Below are positions 1 to 9,837 of a stretch of DNA of 64,000 nt, in pieces. The notes below the pieces were generated by a model. That model saw only the letters and a program-made list of their open reading frames with translations, made no database searches and was not told the DNA's origin. Position 1 is the first letter of the stretch. Each line of letters starts with the position of its first letter. The stretch spans positions 1,184,001-1,248,000 of the forward strand of contig CBDCXM010000009.1 of the NCBI GenBank assembly GCA_965223855.1, written 5' to 3'. This DNA is from Candidatus Multivoradales bacterium (GTDB lineage: Bacteria; Acidobacteriota; Thermoanaerobaculia; Multivoradales; JAHEKO01). The position numbers and the translations under genes are program-made.

Positions 1-1
1 C

Positions 2-2683
2 GGCGCCGAGTTCAACGACCGGCTGCTCGAAGCGCTCCCGGGCCTGGGTCAGCACGGCTGCTCCTACCGAGAGCCGGGGGGTTTCGTCCGCCGGCTCACC
101 GAGGGCGACGGCACCTGGATGGGGCACATCCTCGAGCACGTGGCGATCGAGCTGCAGAACGTCGCCGGGTCCGCCGTCACGTTCGGCAAGACCCGTGGGA
201 CCGGCAATCCGCGGGAGTACGACGTCGTCTACCAGTATCTCGATCGCGACGTCGGCCTCGAGGCGGGCAGCCTGGCGATGGAGCTGCTCGAGAGTCTGTT
301 GCCGGACGAGGTTCGTCCCGCCTCGACCGACCCCGACGGATTCAACTGGGACGACACCCGGGATCGCTTCATCCGCTCTACCCAGCGCCGCGCGCTCGGC
401 CCGAGCACCGCGTCGATCGTCAAGGCGGCGGAGGAGCGCGACATCCCGTGGCTGCGGCTCAACCGCTACAGCCTGGTGCAGCTCGGTCACGGTGCCTACA
501 GCCGCCGCATCCAGGCGACGGTGACCGGCGAGACCAAGCACATCGCCGTGGAGCTCGCCTCCGACAAGGAGGAGACCAACAAGATCCTCGCCGATCTCGG
601 CCTGCCGGTGCCGCGTCAGGAGATGGTCTACGACGAGCGCGACGCCGTTCGAGCGGCGGAGCGCATCGGTTACCCGGTGGTCGTCAAGCCGCTCAACGCC
701 AACCACGGCCGCGGCGTGTCGATCAACCTGACCGACCGCGAGTCGGTCGCCGTGGGATTCGCCAAGGCGCGCGAGCACAGCCGCGCGGTGCTGGTGGAGA
801 GCTTCATCACCGGGCTCGACCACCGGCTGCTGGTGGTCAACGGCGAGCTGATCGCCGCCTCGAAGCGGGTCCCGGGCCACGTCGTCGGCGACGGCGAGCA
901 CACGATCGAGCAGCTGGTGGAGATCGTCAACAGCGACCCGCGGCGCGGCGTCGGCCACGAGAAGGTTCTCACCCGGCTCGAGTTCGACCATCAGGCGGAA
1001 CGGCTCCTGGCGCTCAACGGCCTCGACCACACCAGTGTGCCGGCGGAAGGCGATGTCGTCTTCCTGCGCAAGACCGCCAATCTCTCGACCGGCGGCACGG
1101 CGATCGACGTCACCGACATCATCCATCCCGACAATCGCGAGATGGCGATCCGGGCGGCCCGCGCGATCGGGCTCGACTGCGCCGGCATCGACTTCCTGAC
1201 CGACGACATCTCGCAGTCGTTCCAGGAGAACGGCGGCGCGATCTGCGAGGTCAACGCGGCACCCGGCTTCCGCATGCATGTCGCTCCCAGCGAGGGGCAG
1301 CCGCGGGATGCCGCCGGCCCGGTGATCGACATGCTCTTCCCGCCGGGGACGCCGTCGCGGATCCCTATCGCCTCGATCACCGGCACCAACGGCAAGACGA
1401 CGACCAGCCGCATGACCGCGCACGTCCTCAAGATGAGCGGCAAGCGGGTCGGGCTGACGACTTCGGACGGCGTCTACATCGACGGCTACCGCACCGTGGC
1501 GGGCGACATGACCGGACCGACCGCCGCCCGCATGGTGCTGCGCGACGCGACCTGCGACGTCGCCGTGCTGGAGACCGCGCGCGGCGGCCTGCTGCGTGCC
1601 GGGATGGGCTACCGGCGCAACAACGTCGGCGCGGTGCTCAACGTCGCTGCCGATCATCTGGGCTTGAAAGGGATCGAGACGGTCGAGGAGCTGGCGCGGG
1701 TCAAGCGGATCGTCGTCGAGGTCTCCCGCGACACGGCGGTGCTCAACGCCGACGATCCGCTGTGTCTCAAGATGGCGGACTACACGAGGGCCGATCATCT
1801 CTGCTACGTGACGATGAACCCGCGCCACCCGCTGGTGCGCGAGCACATCAACGCCGACGGCCGCGCCGTGGTCCTCGAAGAGGGGATGAACGGCCACATG
1901 ATCACGATCTACGACGGCGGCACCCACATCCCGCTCCTGTGGACTCACCTCATCCCGGCGACGGTCGAAGGCAAGGCGCTCCACAACGTGCAGAACGCGA
2001 TGTTCGCCGCGGCGATCACGTACTCGATGGGCGTCGGTCTCGACGACATCCGCCAGGGGTTGAGGACCTTCGACACCAGCTACTTCCAGGCGCCGGGGCG
2101 GCTCAACATCTACAACGAGCACCCGTTCAAGGTGATCCTCGACTACGCGCACAACCCGCATGCGGTGCAGGCGATCGTGCGGCTGTGCGACCAGCTCGAC
2201 GTCGAGGGATCGAAGCGCTGCGTGCTGGCGGCGCCGGGCGATCGGCGCGACGAGGACATCGACGAGATCGCGACGATCTGTGCCGGGCACTTCGACCGCT
2301 ACATCGTCAAGCGCGACGACGATGCGCGCGGCCGCGGACCGACCGAGGTGCCGGAGCGGCTCCACAGAGCGCTCGTCGCGGCGGGGGTCGACGAAGCGGC
2401 GATCGAGATCATTGTCGACGAGAAGGAGGCGATCCATACCGCCCTCAAGCGCTCGCAGCACGGCGACTTGCTCCTCATCCTCGGCGACAAGATCAACCGT
2501 TGCTGGAAGCAGATCACCACCTTCTCGCCCGACCTGGAGATGCCTCCCGAGGAAGAGGTGGCGCCGCCACCCAAGGCGGCCGCCCCGGTCGACGATCTGC
2601 CCGAGCTCGACCTGCCGCCGATCGACGACCTGATTCGCGACGAGCGGGGCGTGCGCCTGGCGCGCGAGGAAGAGAACGACTGA
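2..2683 (+). CDS. cphA: Cyanophycin synthetase CphA1 (5' end lies before the window)
   Basis: Frame is open from base 2 (…LPGLGQHGCSYREPGGFVRRL…WMGHILEHVAIELQ: N-domain Cys…HxxEH). ATP-grasp motifs VVKPLNANHGRGV and EVNAAPGFRMH; Mur-like domain ITGTNGKTTT, ETARGG, DYAHNP. Confidence 0.96.
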   Translation, partial: GAEFNDRLLEALPGLGQHGCSYREPGGFVRRLTEGDGTWMGHILEHVAIELQNVAGSAVTFGKTRGTGNPREYDVVYQYLDRDVGLEAGSLAMELLESLLPDEVRPASTDPDGFNWDDTRDRFIRSTQRRALGPSTASIVKAAEERDIPWLRLNRYSLVQLGHGAYSRRIQATVTGETKHIAVELASDKEETNKILADLGLPVPRQEMVYDERDAVRAAERIGYPVVVKPLNANHGRGVSINLTDRESVAVGFAKAREHSRAVLVESFITGLDHRLLVVNGELIAASKRVPGHVVGDGEHTIEQLVEIVNSDPRRGVGHEKVLTRLEFDHQAERLLALNGLDHTSVPAEGDVVFLRKTANLSTGGTAIDVTDIIHPDNREMAIRAARAIGLDCAGIDFLTDDISQSFQENGGAICEVNAAPGFRMHVAPSEGQPRDAAGPVIDMLFPPGTPSRIPIASITGTNGKTTTSRMTAHVLKMSGKRVGLTTSDGVYIDGYRTVAGDMTGPTAARMVLRDATCDVAVLETARGGLLRAGMGYRRNNVGAVLNVAADHLGLKGIETVEELARVKRIVVEVSRDTAVLNADDPLCLKMADYTRADHLCYVTMNPRHPLVREHINADGRAVVLEEGMNGHMITIYDGGTHIPLLWTHLIPATVEGKALHNVQNAMFAAAITYSMGVGLDDIRQGLRTFDTSYFQAPGRLNIYNEHPFKVILDYAHNPHAVQAIVRLCDQLDVEGSKRCVLAAPGDRRDEDIDEIATICAGHFDRYIVKRDDDARGRGPTEVPERLHRALVAAGVDEAAIEIIVDEKEAIHTALKRSQHGDLLLILGDKINRCWKQITTFSPDLEMPPEEEVAPPPKAAAPVDDLPELDLPPIDDLIRDERGVRLAREEEND

Positions 2684-2696
2684 CGGGGTTCCGCTC

Positions 2697-4382
2697 TTGG
2701 AAGTCCGCGACAGCCGCCGCCTGACCGGCCCCAACATCGTCTCCGACGGTCCGGCTGCGGTCTTGGACGTCGTGCGCGGCGAGGGTGACGACGCCGAGGC
2801 TGCGATCGCCGCCTGGCGATCGCAGCTCGAGCGGATGCTCATGGCGGTCGGCTGGCAGGGAGCCCAGACCTTCACCCGGATCTTCCACGGCGGCCTGAGC
2901 GTCGCCTTCGCCGCCCCGATCGACGCCCTCTACGCCGCCACCGAGGTCAACGAATGGGCGTGGGCCGCCGCGGTCGAGGAGCTGGGTGGCGACCCGGCGC
3001 CGGAGTTCGAGGCGGAGGCGGAGCGGCTGCGCGCCGAGATCGCGGGCGAGCTGAATCCGCCGGTCCTCGCGCTCCAGAAGGCAGCCGCCGTGCACGGGGT
3101 CCAGTTCCTGTGGGACGACGACTTCGTCTCGGTCGGCCTCGGCTCCGGTTCGCGAACCTGGAAGGTGTCCGGCGTGCCCGACCCGGGCGACGTCGACTGG
3201 GCGTCGGTTCACGATGTCCCGGTGGCTCAGGTGACCGGAACCAACGGCAAGACGACCACGGTGCGGCTCCTCGCTGCGATGGTGCGTGCCGCCGGCAAGG
3301 TCCCCGGCGTTTCGTCGACCGACTGGATCGCCGCGGGTGACGAGCTGCTCGATCGGGGCGACTACTCCGGCCCCGGGGGAGCGCGCCAGGTGCTGCGCGA
3401 CCGCCGGGTCGAATGCGCAATCCTCGAGACCGCGCGCGGCGGGATGCTGCGACGAGGGCTGGCGGTGGAGGCGACCGACGTCGCGCTGGTCAACAACATC
3501 GCGGAGGATCATCTCGGCGAGTTCGGCGTCCACGACCTCGACGCGCTGGCCGAGTGCAAGTTCATCGTCTCCCGGGCGGCGCGGCACATGGTGCTCAATG
3601 CCGATGACCCGGTGGTGCGGCGGCACGGCGAGGCGGTCGAGCAGCCGATTACCTGGTTCTCGCTGGATCGAGAGAACCCGCTCATCATCGCCCATCGCGA
3701 GCGCGGCGGTTCGACGTGCGTCCTCGAGTGGGGGCGGATCGTACTGGCGCAGGGAGACGACAAGGTGGCGGTCGCGGAGGTCGCCGAGGTTCCGGTGACC
3801 CTCGGCGGGGCGGCACGTCACAACGTCGCCAACGTTCTCGCTGCGACGGCGGTCGCGCAGCAGCTCGGCCTTTCCGTGCGCGCGATCGGCGAGGGGTTGC
3901 GCAACTTCGAGAGCACTCCCGACACCAACCCCGGCCGCCTCAACGAGTTCGAGGTCGGCGGTGCGCGGGTCATCGTCGACTTCGCCCACAACCCACACGG
4001 CGTCGAGGCGCTGCTCGAGATGGCGGCGGCACTGCCTGGCAAACGGCGGTTGATCACGATCGGCCAGGCGGGGGATCGCGACGACGACTCGATTCGCGAT
4101 CTCGCCCGGGCGACCTGGAAGGCGGCGCCCGACCGCGTGCTGATCAAGGCGATGACCGCCTATCTCCGAGGCCGCGAGGAGGGCGAGATCCCGGCGATGC
4201 TCGAGGCCGAGATGCGCGCGCACGGCGCGACCGACGCGCATCTGGTGCACACCGGGGACGAGCTCGACACGGCGCGCGCCGCTCTCGACTGGGCCGAGAA
4301 GGGCGATCTCGTGCTCCTGATAGTCCACTCCGATCGCGAGCGGGTGGTCGAGTTCCTGCGCGAGCAGGCTAACGAACGGTGA
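2697..4382 (+). CDS. CphA-related Mur-ligase-domain protein lacking the ATP-grasp domain
   Basis: N-terminus 'SRRLTGPN' resembles CphA starts. VTGTNGKTTT, GDYSGPGGAR, ETARGG, PGRLN, DFAHNP and GDRDD align with the cphA M domain. No ATP-grasp motifs. TTG start 13 nt after the cphA stop. Confidence 0.85.
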   Translation: MEVRDSRRLTGPNIVSDGPAAVLDVVRGEGDDAEAAIAAWRSQLERMLMAVGWQGAQTFTRIFHGGLSVAFAAPIDALYAATEVNEWAWAAAVEELGGDPAPEFEAEAERLRAEIAGELNPPVLALQKAAAVHGVQFLWDDDFVSVGLGSGSRTWKVSGVPDPGDVDWASVHDVPVAQVTGTNGKTTTVRLLAAMVRAAGKVPGVSSTDWIAAGDELLDRGDYSGPGGARQVLRDRRVECAILETARGGMLRRGLAVEATDVALVNNIAEDHLGEFGVHDLDALAECKFIVSRAARHMVLNADDPVVRRHGEAVEQPITWFSLDRENPLIIAHRERGGSTCVLEWGRIVLAQGDDKVAVAEVAEVPVTLGGAARHNVANVLAATAVAQQLGLSVRAIGEGLRNFESTPDTNPGRLNEFEVGGARVIVDFAHNPHGVEALLEMAAALPGKRRLITIGQAGDRDDDSIRDLARATWKAAPDRVLIKAMTAYLRGREEGEIPAMLEAEMRAHGATDAHLVHTGDELDTARAALDWAEKGDLVLLIVHSDRERVVEFLREQANER

Positions 4383-5571
4383 CGAGGTCGAGTCCGACGG
4401 CTCGTGCATGCCGGTCGAGGGCGACGTCGATCGCCCGGTCCTCACGCGCGCCGCAGCCGTCCTCGAGGTAGCGCGCCAGCGTCGCGATCGTTCCCGCGCG
4501 CCGGTCGGCCTTGAGATCGACCCGCCCGACCAGCCGTTCGCCGGCGAGCACCGGCAGGCAGTAGTAGCCCCACCGCCGCTGGTGAGCCGGCTTGAAGATC
4601 TCGAGCACCTGTTCGAAGCCGAACAGCAGCTTCGTGCGCTCCCGGTCCCACAGTGCCGGGTCGAAGGGGGAAAGGAGAACTCCCCGGTCGCTCCGCGGGC
4701 GCAGCGTCGCGGCCCGCTCGGCGAGGTCGAGATCCCGAGGCCGGATCCACCCCGCCTGCCGCTTGCCCTGAGGGAGCTGCAGGCTGCAGGGGACGACTCG
4801 ACCCTCCGACTCCAGTTCGGCCAGGGCGGCGTCGATCTCGGCAGTGAGATTGCTCAGCCTCCAGGTGCGGGCGAGGGTCCCCCGGGTCGCCCATCCGTGG
4901 CCGGCGAGCGCGCGCTCGAGGAGGACCTTGAGGCCCCGATGGCGATCGAGCGGCCGCCGTCGGATCTCCTCGGGGATGACCCGCTCGGCGAGGTCGAAGG
5001 AGCGCTGGAAACTGCGGCGCTCGCTGACGGCGAGCACACCGTTCGACCAGTAGGCGCGCAGTACCCGCTTGGCGGCCTTGGGATACCAGCCGCTCCCAGC
5101 GGGTGTCTCCCCCTCGAAGTCGGCGGATCGCAGCGGGCCCTCGTGCTCGATCCGATCGAGCACCTCGCGAGCCAGCGCCGGGTCCTTGCCGACGACGTCG
5201 CCGTACCAGGGGTCGTACTCGAAGTCGCCGCGCCGGAACTCGAACGCCGGGTAGAGCTCCATCGGCAGCCAGCACGCCTCGTGGGCCCAGTACTCGAAGA
5301 CCGGCTCGCCCGGCCGCAGCAGCGCCTCGCCGAAGTCCGGGTCGATTCCCTCGAAGCGCGACAGCAGCACCAGCACGTGACTGCGCGCCCCGGCGACGCC
5401 GACGGTGTCGAGTTGCAGATAGCCGAAGCGCCGCAGCAGCCGGTGAGCCGCGCGCCGTGCGCGCTTGCCGCCGCCCCTCGCCCGTCGCGGCAGACCGGTC
5501 CACTCCGGCTTGACCAGCCCGCCCCGGACGAGCGCCAGCCTGCGGGCGCGGCGGACGTCGATCGAGTTCAA
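4369..5571 (-). CDS. YcaQ/AlkZ-family (HTH_42) DNA crosslink-repair glycosylase
   Basis: LQLDTV, FEYWAHEAC, LLSPFDP…DRER, RRWGYY.LP motifs. TTG start at 5571 overlaps the upstream gene's TGA. Confidence 0.88.
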   Translation of the reverse strand: MNSIDVRRARRLALVRGGLVKPEWTGLPRRARGGGKRARRAAHRLLRRFGYLQLDTVGVAGARSHVLVLLSRFEGIDPDFGEALLRPGEPVFEYWAHEACWLPMELYPAFEFRRGDFEYDPWYGDVVGKDPALAREVLDRIEHEGPLRSADFEGETPAGSGWYPKAAKRVLRAYWSNGVLAVSERRSFQRSFDLAERVIPEEIRRRPLDRHRGLKVLLERALAGHGWATRGTLARTWRLSNLTAEIDAALAELESEGRVVPCSLQLPQGKRQAGWIRPRDLDLAERAATLRPRSDRGVLLSPFDPALWDRERTKLLFGFEQVLEIFKPAHQRRWGYYCLPVLAGERLVGRVDLKADRRAGTIATLARYLEDGCGAREDRAIDVALDRHARAVGLDLVTVR

Positions 5572-6311
5572 CTGCGCTCGCGCCCGGCCGGCGGCCGGCG
5601 CCGTGCCGAGCGGCGGCCGAAGATCGGCATGACGATCGCCAGCAGCGAGTAGGTCCAGCCAGGCAGGGCGAGCGCCGCCCACCGCTCGGGGAGGACGATC
5701 GCCAGCAGCATCGAGGCGACCCCGGCACCACCGACGATCGACCACGCCACGATCTCCGCGCGGGTCTCGTGGCGTTCGAGCGCGTCGAGCCCAAGAGCAT
5801 TCCGTAAGCGCCAGGCGTGCAGGTTGAGCAGCAGGATCGAAGCACACATGGCGACGAAGCCGGCGCCGTAGATCAGGAACATCTGATTGACCTGTGCCGC
5901 CGACTCGATGCCGGAGCGCCCGCGATCGCTGCCGAGGAGGAGAGAGAACTGATCCGCCATCGCTCCCGACATGAAACGCAGCGGGTAGACATAGACCAGG
6001 ACCGTGAAGACCAGCAGGCAGCTCAGCAGGATGGTCGGCGTGTCGTCGAGGCCGAAGCGGCGGCTCCAGTTGTGGTGGGCTGTCCAGAACATCATCAGCA
6101 GCACCGCGCTGAAGAGGAACGGCGGGATCTCCCACATCACCGCGACCAGGCCTGCGTAGTCATCCGGAACGTCGGTCGCCAGGACGAGAAGCGTCAGCGC
6201 GAAGGCGAACGCCGCGTCGGTGAAGGTCTCGATGCGGGTGGTGGCGAGGCCGCGCAGGCGGAAGCCGTCGCGGGTCGGCAGGTCGGCGAGCTGGCGATCG
6301 GTGAGGCTCAC
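5568..6311 (-). CDS. TMEM175 (DUF1211) family K+ channel-like membrane protein
   Basis: RIETFTDAAFAFALTLL (RxxxFSD-type motif), W..HH, about 6 hydrophobic helices. C-terminal part of ORF 5568..7979; GTG start chosen. Confidence 0.85.
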   Translation of the reverse strand: MSLTDRQLADLPTRDGFRLRGLATTRIETFTDAAFAFALTLLVLATDVPDDYAGLVAVMWEIPPFLFSAVLLMMFWTAHHNWSRRFGLDDTPTILLSCLLVFTVLVYVYPLRFMSGAMADQFSLLLGSDRGRSGIESAAQVNQMFLIYGAGFVAMCASILLLNLHAWRLRNALGLDALERHETRAEIVAWSIVGGAGVASMLLAIVLPERWAALALPGWTYSLLAIVMPIFGRRSARRRPPAGRERS

Positions 6312-6434
6312 TGGAACCGAAGGATCATACCGGCGAAGTGACGGACGGCACGGTTTCGGAGACCTCTTCCCCTCAGGTAGGGTTGGGGGAAGTGCACGAA
6401 TGAAAGATCGACAAGGTTCGAGATGGGGATCCCG

Positions 6435-7073
6435 ATGAGGTTCTACCGAACTGCTGCGCTCGCCACCCTCTCGCTGGCCGGAGTTCTGGCCAGTGCCGAG
6501 ACGGAGGGTCGAGAACGCCGCCAGCGCGGTGAGCGGGTCGGAGCTCCGATCCGGGGTCTGGAACGGGCGGAACGCTTCGAGGGCGGCGGTCTGGTGCAGT
6601 ACGACCCTGGTCTCCCAGACGGTACTCGTTTCACCGATCAGGGCTTCAGTTGGCTGGGCAACCTCTTCGACACTCGGAGCGGTTCGCCGCTGGGACCAGG
6701 CACGATAACCCAGATTCAGTGGTACAACGGTCAAACCAACCCGACCGACAACTATCTCGTGATCTTCCCGCAGTCCGGTCCCGACTACGGTGGTTTCGTG
6801 GGGTCCGTCGACAGCTTTGCTTTCAACACCTATAACCTCATCCATGGGCCCGTGACGGCGCCGGTTTTCGTCGGGTTCTACGCGGCCGACCAACCGGCCA
6901 CGCCGGTCAGCCTCGGTTACGCCAATGGCAGCTACAACGGCCAGGGCTTCCATGCATCGCAACGGACGTTCTTCGACAGTGCGGGCGAGACCATCCCTGG
7001 AATGAACATCGTGCTGCGCATCTCCGGAAGTCTCATCATTCCGGTGGAGTTGCTCGAGTTCGAGGTCGAGTAG
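6435..7073 (+). CDS. Exported hypothetical protein with C-terminal IPVELLEFEVE tail
   Basis: Signal peptide MRFYRTAALATLSLAGVLASA; G/N/T/Y-rich beta-type body; YDPG motif; terminal PVEL motif. Confidence 0.75.
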   Translation: MRFYRTAALATLSLAGVLASAETEGRERRQRGERVGAPIRGLERAERFEGGGLVQYDPGLPDGTRFTDQGFSWLGNLFDTRSGSPLGPGTITQIQWYNGQTNPTDNYLVIFPQSGPDYGGFVGSVDSFAFNTYNLIHGPVTAPVFVGFYAADQPATPVSLGYANGSYNGQGFHASQRTFFDSAGETIPGMNIVLRISGSLIIPVELLEFEVE

Positions 7074-7163
7074 TCGTGATCCCGGGCAGCGAGGCTTGCG
7101 GTGACGGGGAACCGCGGGAGGTGAGCAGCTGCCTCCAGAACCCCCGGTAGTAAACTCCTCGAC

Positions 7164-8045
7164 TTGAAGCCGGCACCATTCGAATACCGGGCTCCCCGCA
7201 CGCTCGACGAGGTTCTCGAGCTGCTGGCGGAGCACGGCCCGGAGGCGAAGCTGCTGGCGGGCGGGCAGAGCCTGATCCCGGTGATGAACTTCCGGCTGGC
7301 GCAGCCGGCGCTGCTGGTCGATCTCAACGGTGTCGAGGGGCTCGACGGTTGGGAGCCGACGGCGGACGGGGGCGTGCGGATCGGCGGTCTGAGCCGCCTG
7401 AGCGCGCTCGAGCGGCGGCCGGAGTTGGCCGCCCACTCTCCGCTGCTGGCCGAGGCGCTGCCGTGGGTCGCTCATCCGCAGATCCGCAATCGCAGCACCC
7501 TGGGCGGGACCCTCGCCCACGCCGACCCGGCCGCCGAGGTACCGGCGGTCTGTCTCGCCGAGGGGGCGCGGTTCCGGATCGCTCGTCGGGAGGGCGAGCG
7601 CTGGGTCGAGGCGCGCGACTTCTTCCGCGGTCTCTTCGACACCGCGCTCGAGCCGGAGGAGGCGCTGGTCGAAGTCGAGCTGCCGCCGCCGTCCGCCGCT
7701 ACCGGCAGCAGCTTCCAGGAGATCGCCCGCCGGCACGGCGATTACGCTCTCGCCGGCGTCGCGGCGCGCGTCGAGCTCGACGGTGACGGCGCGATCCGTC
7801 GCGCCCGGCTGGTCTACCTGAGTGTCGGCGATACGCCGGTCGAGGCGCGGGCGGCGAGCGACATGCTCGAAGGCGAGAGCCCTTCGTCCGAGCTCTTCGC
7901 CGCCGCCGCGGCGCACGCTGCGGAGCACGAGGTCGATCCGGCCGGCACGATCCACGCCACGCCGGAGTTCACCCGCCATCTGGTCGGGGTGCTCACCCGG
8001 CGAGCGCTGACGGCGGCCGTCGCCCGCGCGGGAGGGGCGGCATGA
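7164..8045 (+). CDS. Xanthine dehydrogenase/CoxM-family FAD-binding subunit
   Basis: MKPAPFEY, LAGGQSLIP, HPQIRNRSTLGG, ADPAAE, RRHGDYA. Confidence 0.93.
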   Translation: MKPAPFEYRAPRTLDEVLELLAEHGPEAKLLAGGQSLIPVMNFRLAQPALLVDLNGVEGLDGWEPTADGGVRIGGLSRLSALERRPELAAHSPLLAEALPWVAHPQIRNRSTLGGTLAHADPAAEVPAVCLAEGARFRIARREGERWVEARDFFRGLFDTALEPEEALVEVELPPPSAATGSSFQEIARRHGDYALAGVAARVELDGDGAIRRARLVYLSVGDTPVEARAASDMLEGESPSSELFAAAAAHAAEHEVDPAGTIHATPEFTRHLVGVLTRRALTAAVARAGGAA

Positions 8046-8551
8046 GCGACCGGGCTCAGGGCGCCCGTCTACCGGTGCGGCTCGAGGTCAACGGCGCGAG
8101 CTATGAGGGCGAGGCGGAGCCGCGGACGCTCCTTTCCGACTTCCTGCGCCACGACCTCGGGCTGACCGGCACGCACGTCGGCTGTGAGCACGGGGTGTGC
8201 GGCGCCTGTACGGTGCTCTTCGACGGCGAGGCGGTGCGTGCCTGCCTGCTGCTGGCGGTGCAGGCCGACGGCCATCGGATCGAGACGGTGGAGGGGCTCG
8301 CTCCCGCCGACGGCGACGAACGGCTTCATCCGCTGCAGCAGGCGTTCCAGGACGCGCACGGGCTGCAGTGCGGTTTCTGCACCCCGGGCTTTCTGATGAC
8401 GCTGGTGCCGTTCCTCGAGGCGAATCCCGACCCGAGCGAAGAGGAGATCCGGCACGCCATCTCCGGCAACCTGTGCCGTTGCACCGGCTACCAGCACATC
8501 GTCGATGCGGTGCAGCTCGCGGCGCGCCGGCAGCGCGGGGAGGACGAGTGA
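8042..8551 (+). CDS. CoxS-family 2x[2Fe-2S] subunit
   Basis: GCEHGVCGACTV, QCGFCTPG, GNLCRCTGY. Confidence 0.95.
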   Translation: MSDRAQGARLPVRLEVNGASYEGEAEPRTLLSDFLRHDLGLTGTHVGCEHGVCGACTVLFDGEAVRACLLLAVQADGHRIETVEGLAPADGDERLHPLQQAFQDAHGLQCGFCTPGFLMTLVPFLEANPDPSEEEIRHAISGNLCRCTGYQHIVDAVQLAARRQRGEDE

Positions 8552-9837
8552 TCGCGAGTCCGGCGCCCGGTTCGCTCGCGGCAGCGTCGGACGTCGACCG
8601 CTGGCTCGAAGGGCTGCGACTCGCCTTCGACGAGGTCGAACCTCTGGTCGGCGCCTTCGTCGAGGAGCCCGATCGCTGGTCGCGGCTCGCGGCTGCCGCG
8701 CGGAGCCTCCTCCTGCGCTACCCCGACGAGCGCGATCGTCCGCCGTTCTTCGGCGTCGCGGTCGGGGTCAAGGACATCTTCCATGTCGACGGTCTCGAGA
8801 CCCGGGCGGGAAGCAGCGTACCGCCGGCCGAGCTCGCCGGCCCGCAGGCGGAGTCGGTACGCCGCCTCGCGGCCGCCGGAGCGATCGTCCTCGGCAAGAC
8901 GGTGACGACCGAGTTCGCCTACTTCGCGCCGCGCGGCACGCGCAACCCGGCCGATCCCGACCGCACTCCGGGCGGGTCGTCGAGCGGCTCGGCCGCGGCC
9001 GTCGCTGCCGGGCTGTGTCCTCTTTCTCTGGGGACACAGACGATCGGCTCGATCTCCCGACCCGCCTCCTACTGCGGCGTGGTCGGCTTCAAGCCGAGCT
9101 ACGAGCGCATCCCGAGGACGGGAGTCATCCCGCTGGCGCCGTCGGTCGATCACGTCGGCTTCTTCACCCCGGATGTCGCGGCCGCCCGCCGGGCCGCCGC
9201 CGTGCTCCTCGACGGCTGGCTCGGCGGGGGAGACGGGCGGCCCCCACGGCTGGCGATTCCGACCGGGCCTTACCTCGACGCCCTCGAGCCGGGTGGGCGC
9301 GAGCGCTTCGAGCGCGGCTGCCGTCTGCTGGCGGACGCCGGGCTGGAGTGGCAGGACGTCCCTGCGATGCCGGACTTCGACGACGTGGTTGCCCGTCACC
9401 GGCGTCTCGTCGCCGCCGAAGCCGCCGAGGTGCATCGCGAGTGGTTCGCGCGCTACGGCGAGAGCTACCACCCGAAGACCCGCGAGCTGATCGAATCGGG
9501 GCTCGAGGTCGACGCCGAAGAGCTGGAAGCGGCACGGCGCGGGCGTCTGCGGCTCCGACAAGAGCTCGAGTCCGAGATGGAGCGCCACGGGATCGACGTC
9601 TGGCTGACGCCGGCCTCCCAGGACGTTGCGCCGACCGGCCTCGACTCGACCGGGGATCCGATCCTCAACCTGCCATGGAGCCATGCCGGTCTGCCATCGA
9701 TCACCCTGCCGTCGATCACTCCGGCGGCTTCGGCGAAGGGCGAGCTGCCGTTCGGGCTGCAGTTCGTCGGCCGGTTCGGCGCCGACGAGGCGCTTCTCGA
9801 GGCGGCAGCCGCGTGGGAAAGGGGGCTCGGCCGTTGA
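8548..9837 (+). CDS. Amidase-signature (Ser-cisSer-Lys) family amidase
   Basis: GVKD, GKTVTTEFA, TPGGSSSGSAAAVA, GTQTIGSISRPASYCGVVGFKPS. GTG start overlaps the coxS-like TGA. Confidence 0.92.
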   Translation: MIASPAPGSLAAASDVDRWLEGLRLAFDEVEPLVGAFVEEPDRWSRLAAAARSLLLRYPDERDRPPFFGVAVGVKDIFHVDGLETRAGSSVPPAELAGPQAESVRRLAAAGAIVLGKTVTTEFAYFAPRGTRNPADPDRTPGGSSSGSAAAVAAGLCPLSLGTQTIGSISRPASYCGVVGFKPSYERIPRTGVIPLAPSVDHVGFFTPDVAAARRAAAVLLDGWLGGGDGRPPRLAIPTGPYLDALEPGGRERFERGCRLLADAGLEWQDVPAMPDFDDVVARHRRLVAAEAAEVHREWFARYGESYHPKTRELIESGLEVDAEELEAARRGRLRLRQELESEMERHGIDVWLTPASQDVAPTGLDSTGDPILNLPWSHAGLPSITLPSITPAASAKGELPFGLQFVGRFGADEALLEAAAAWERGLGR

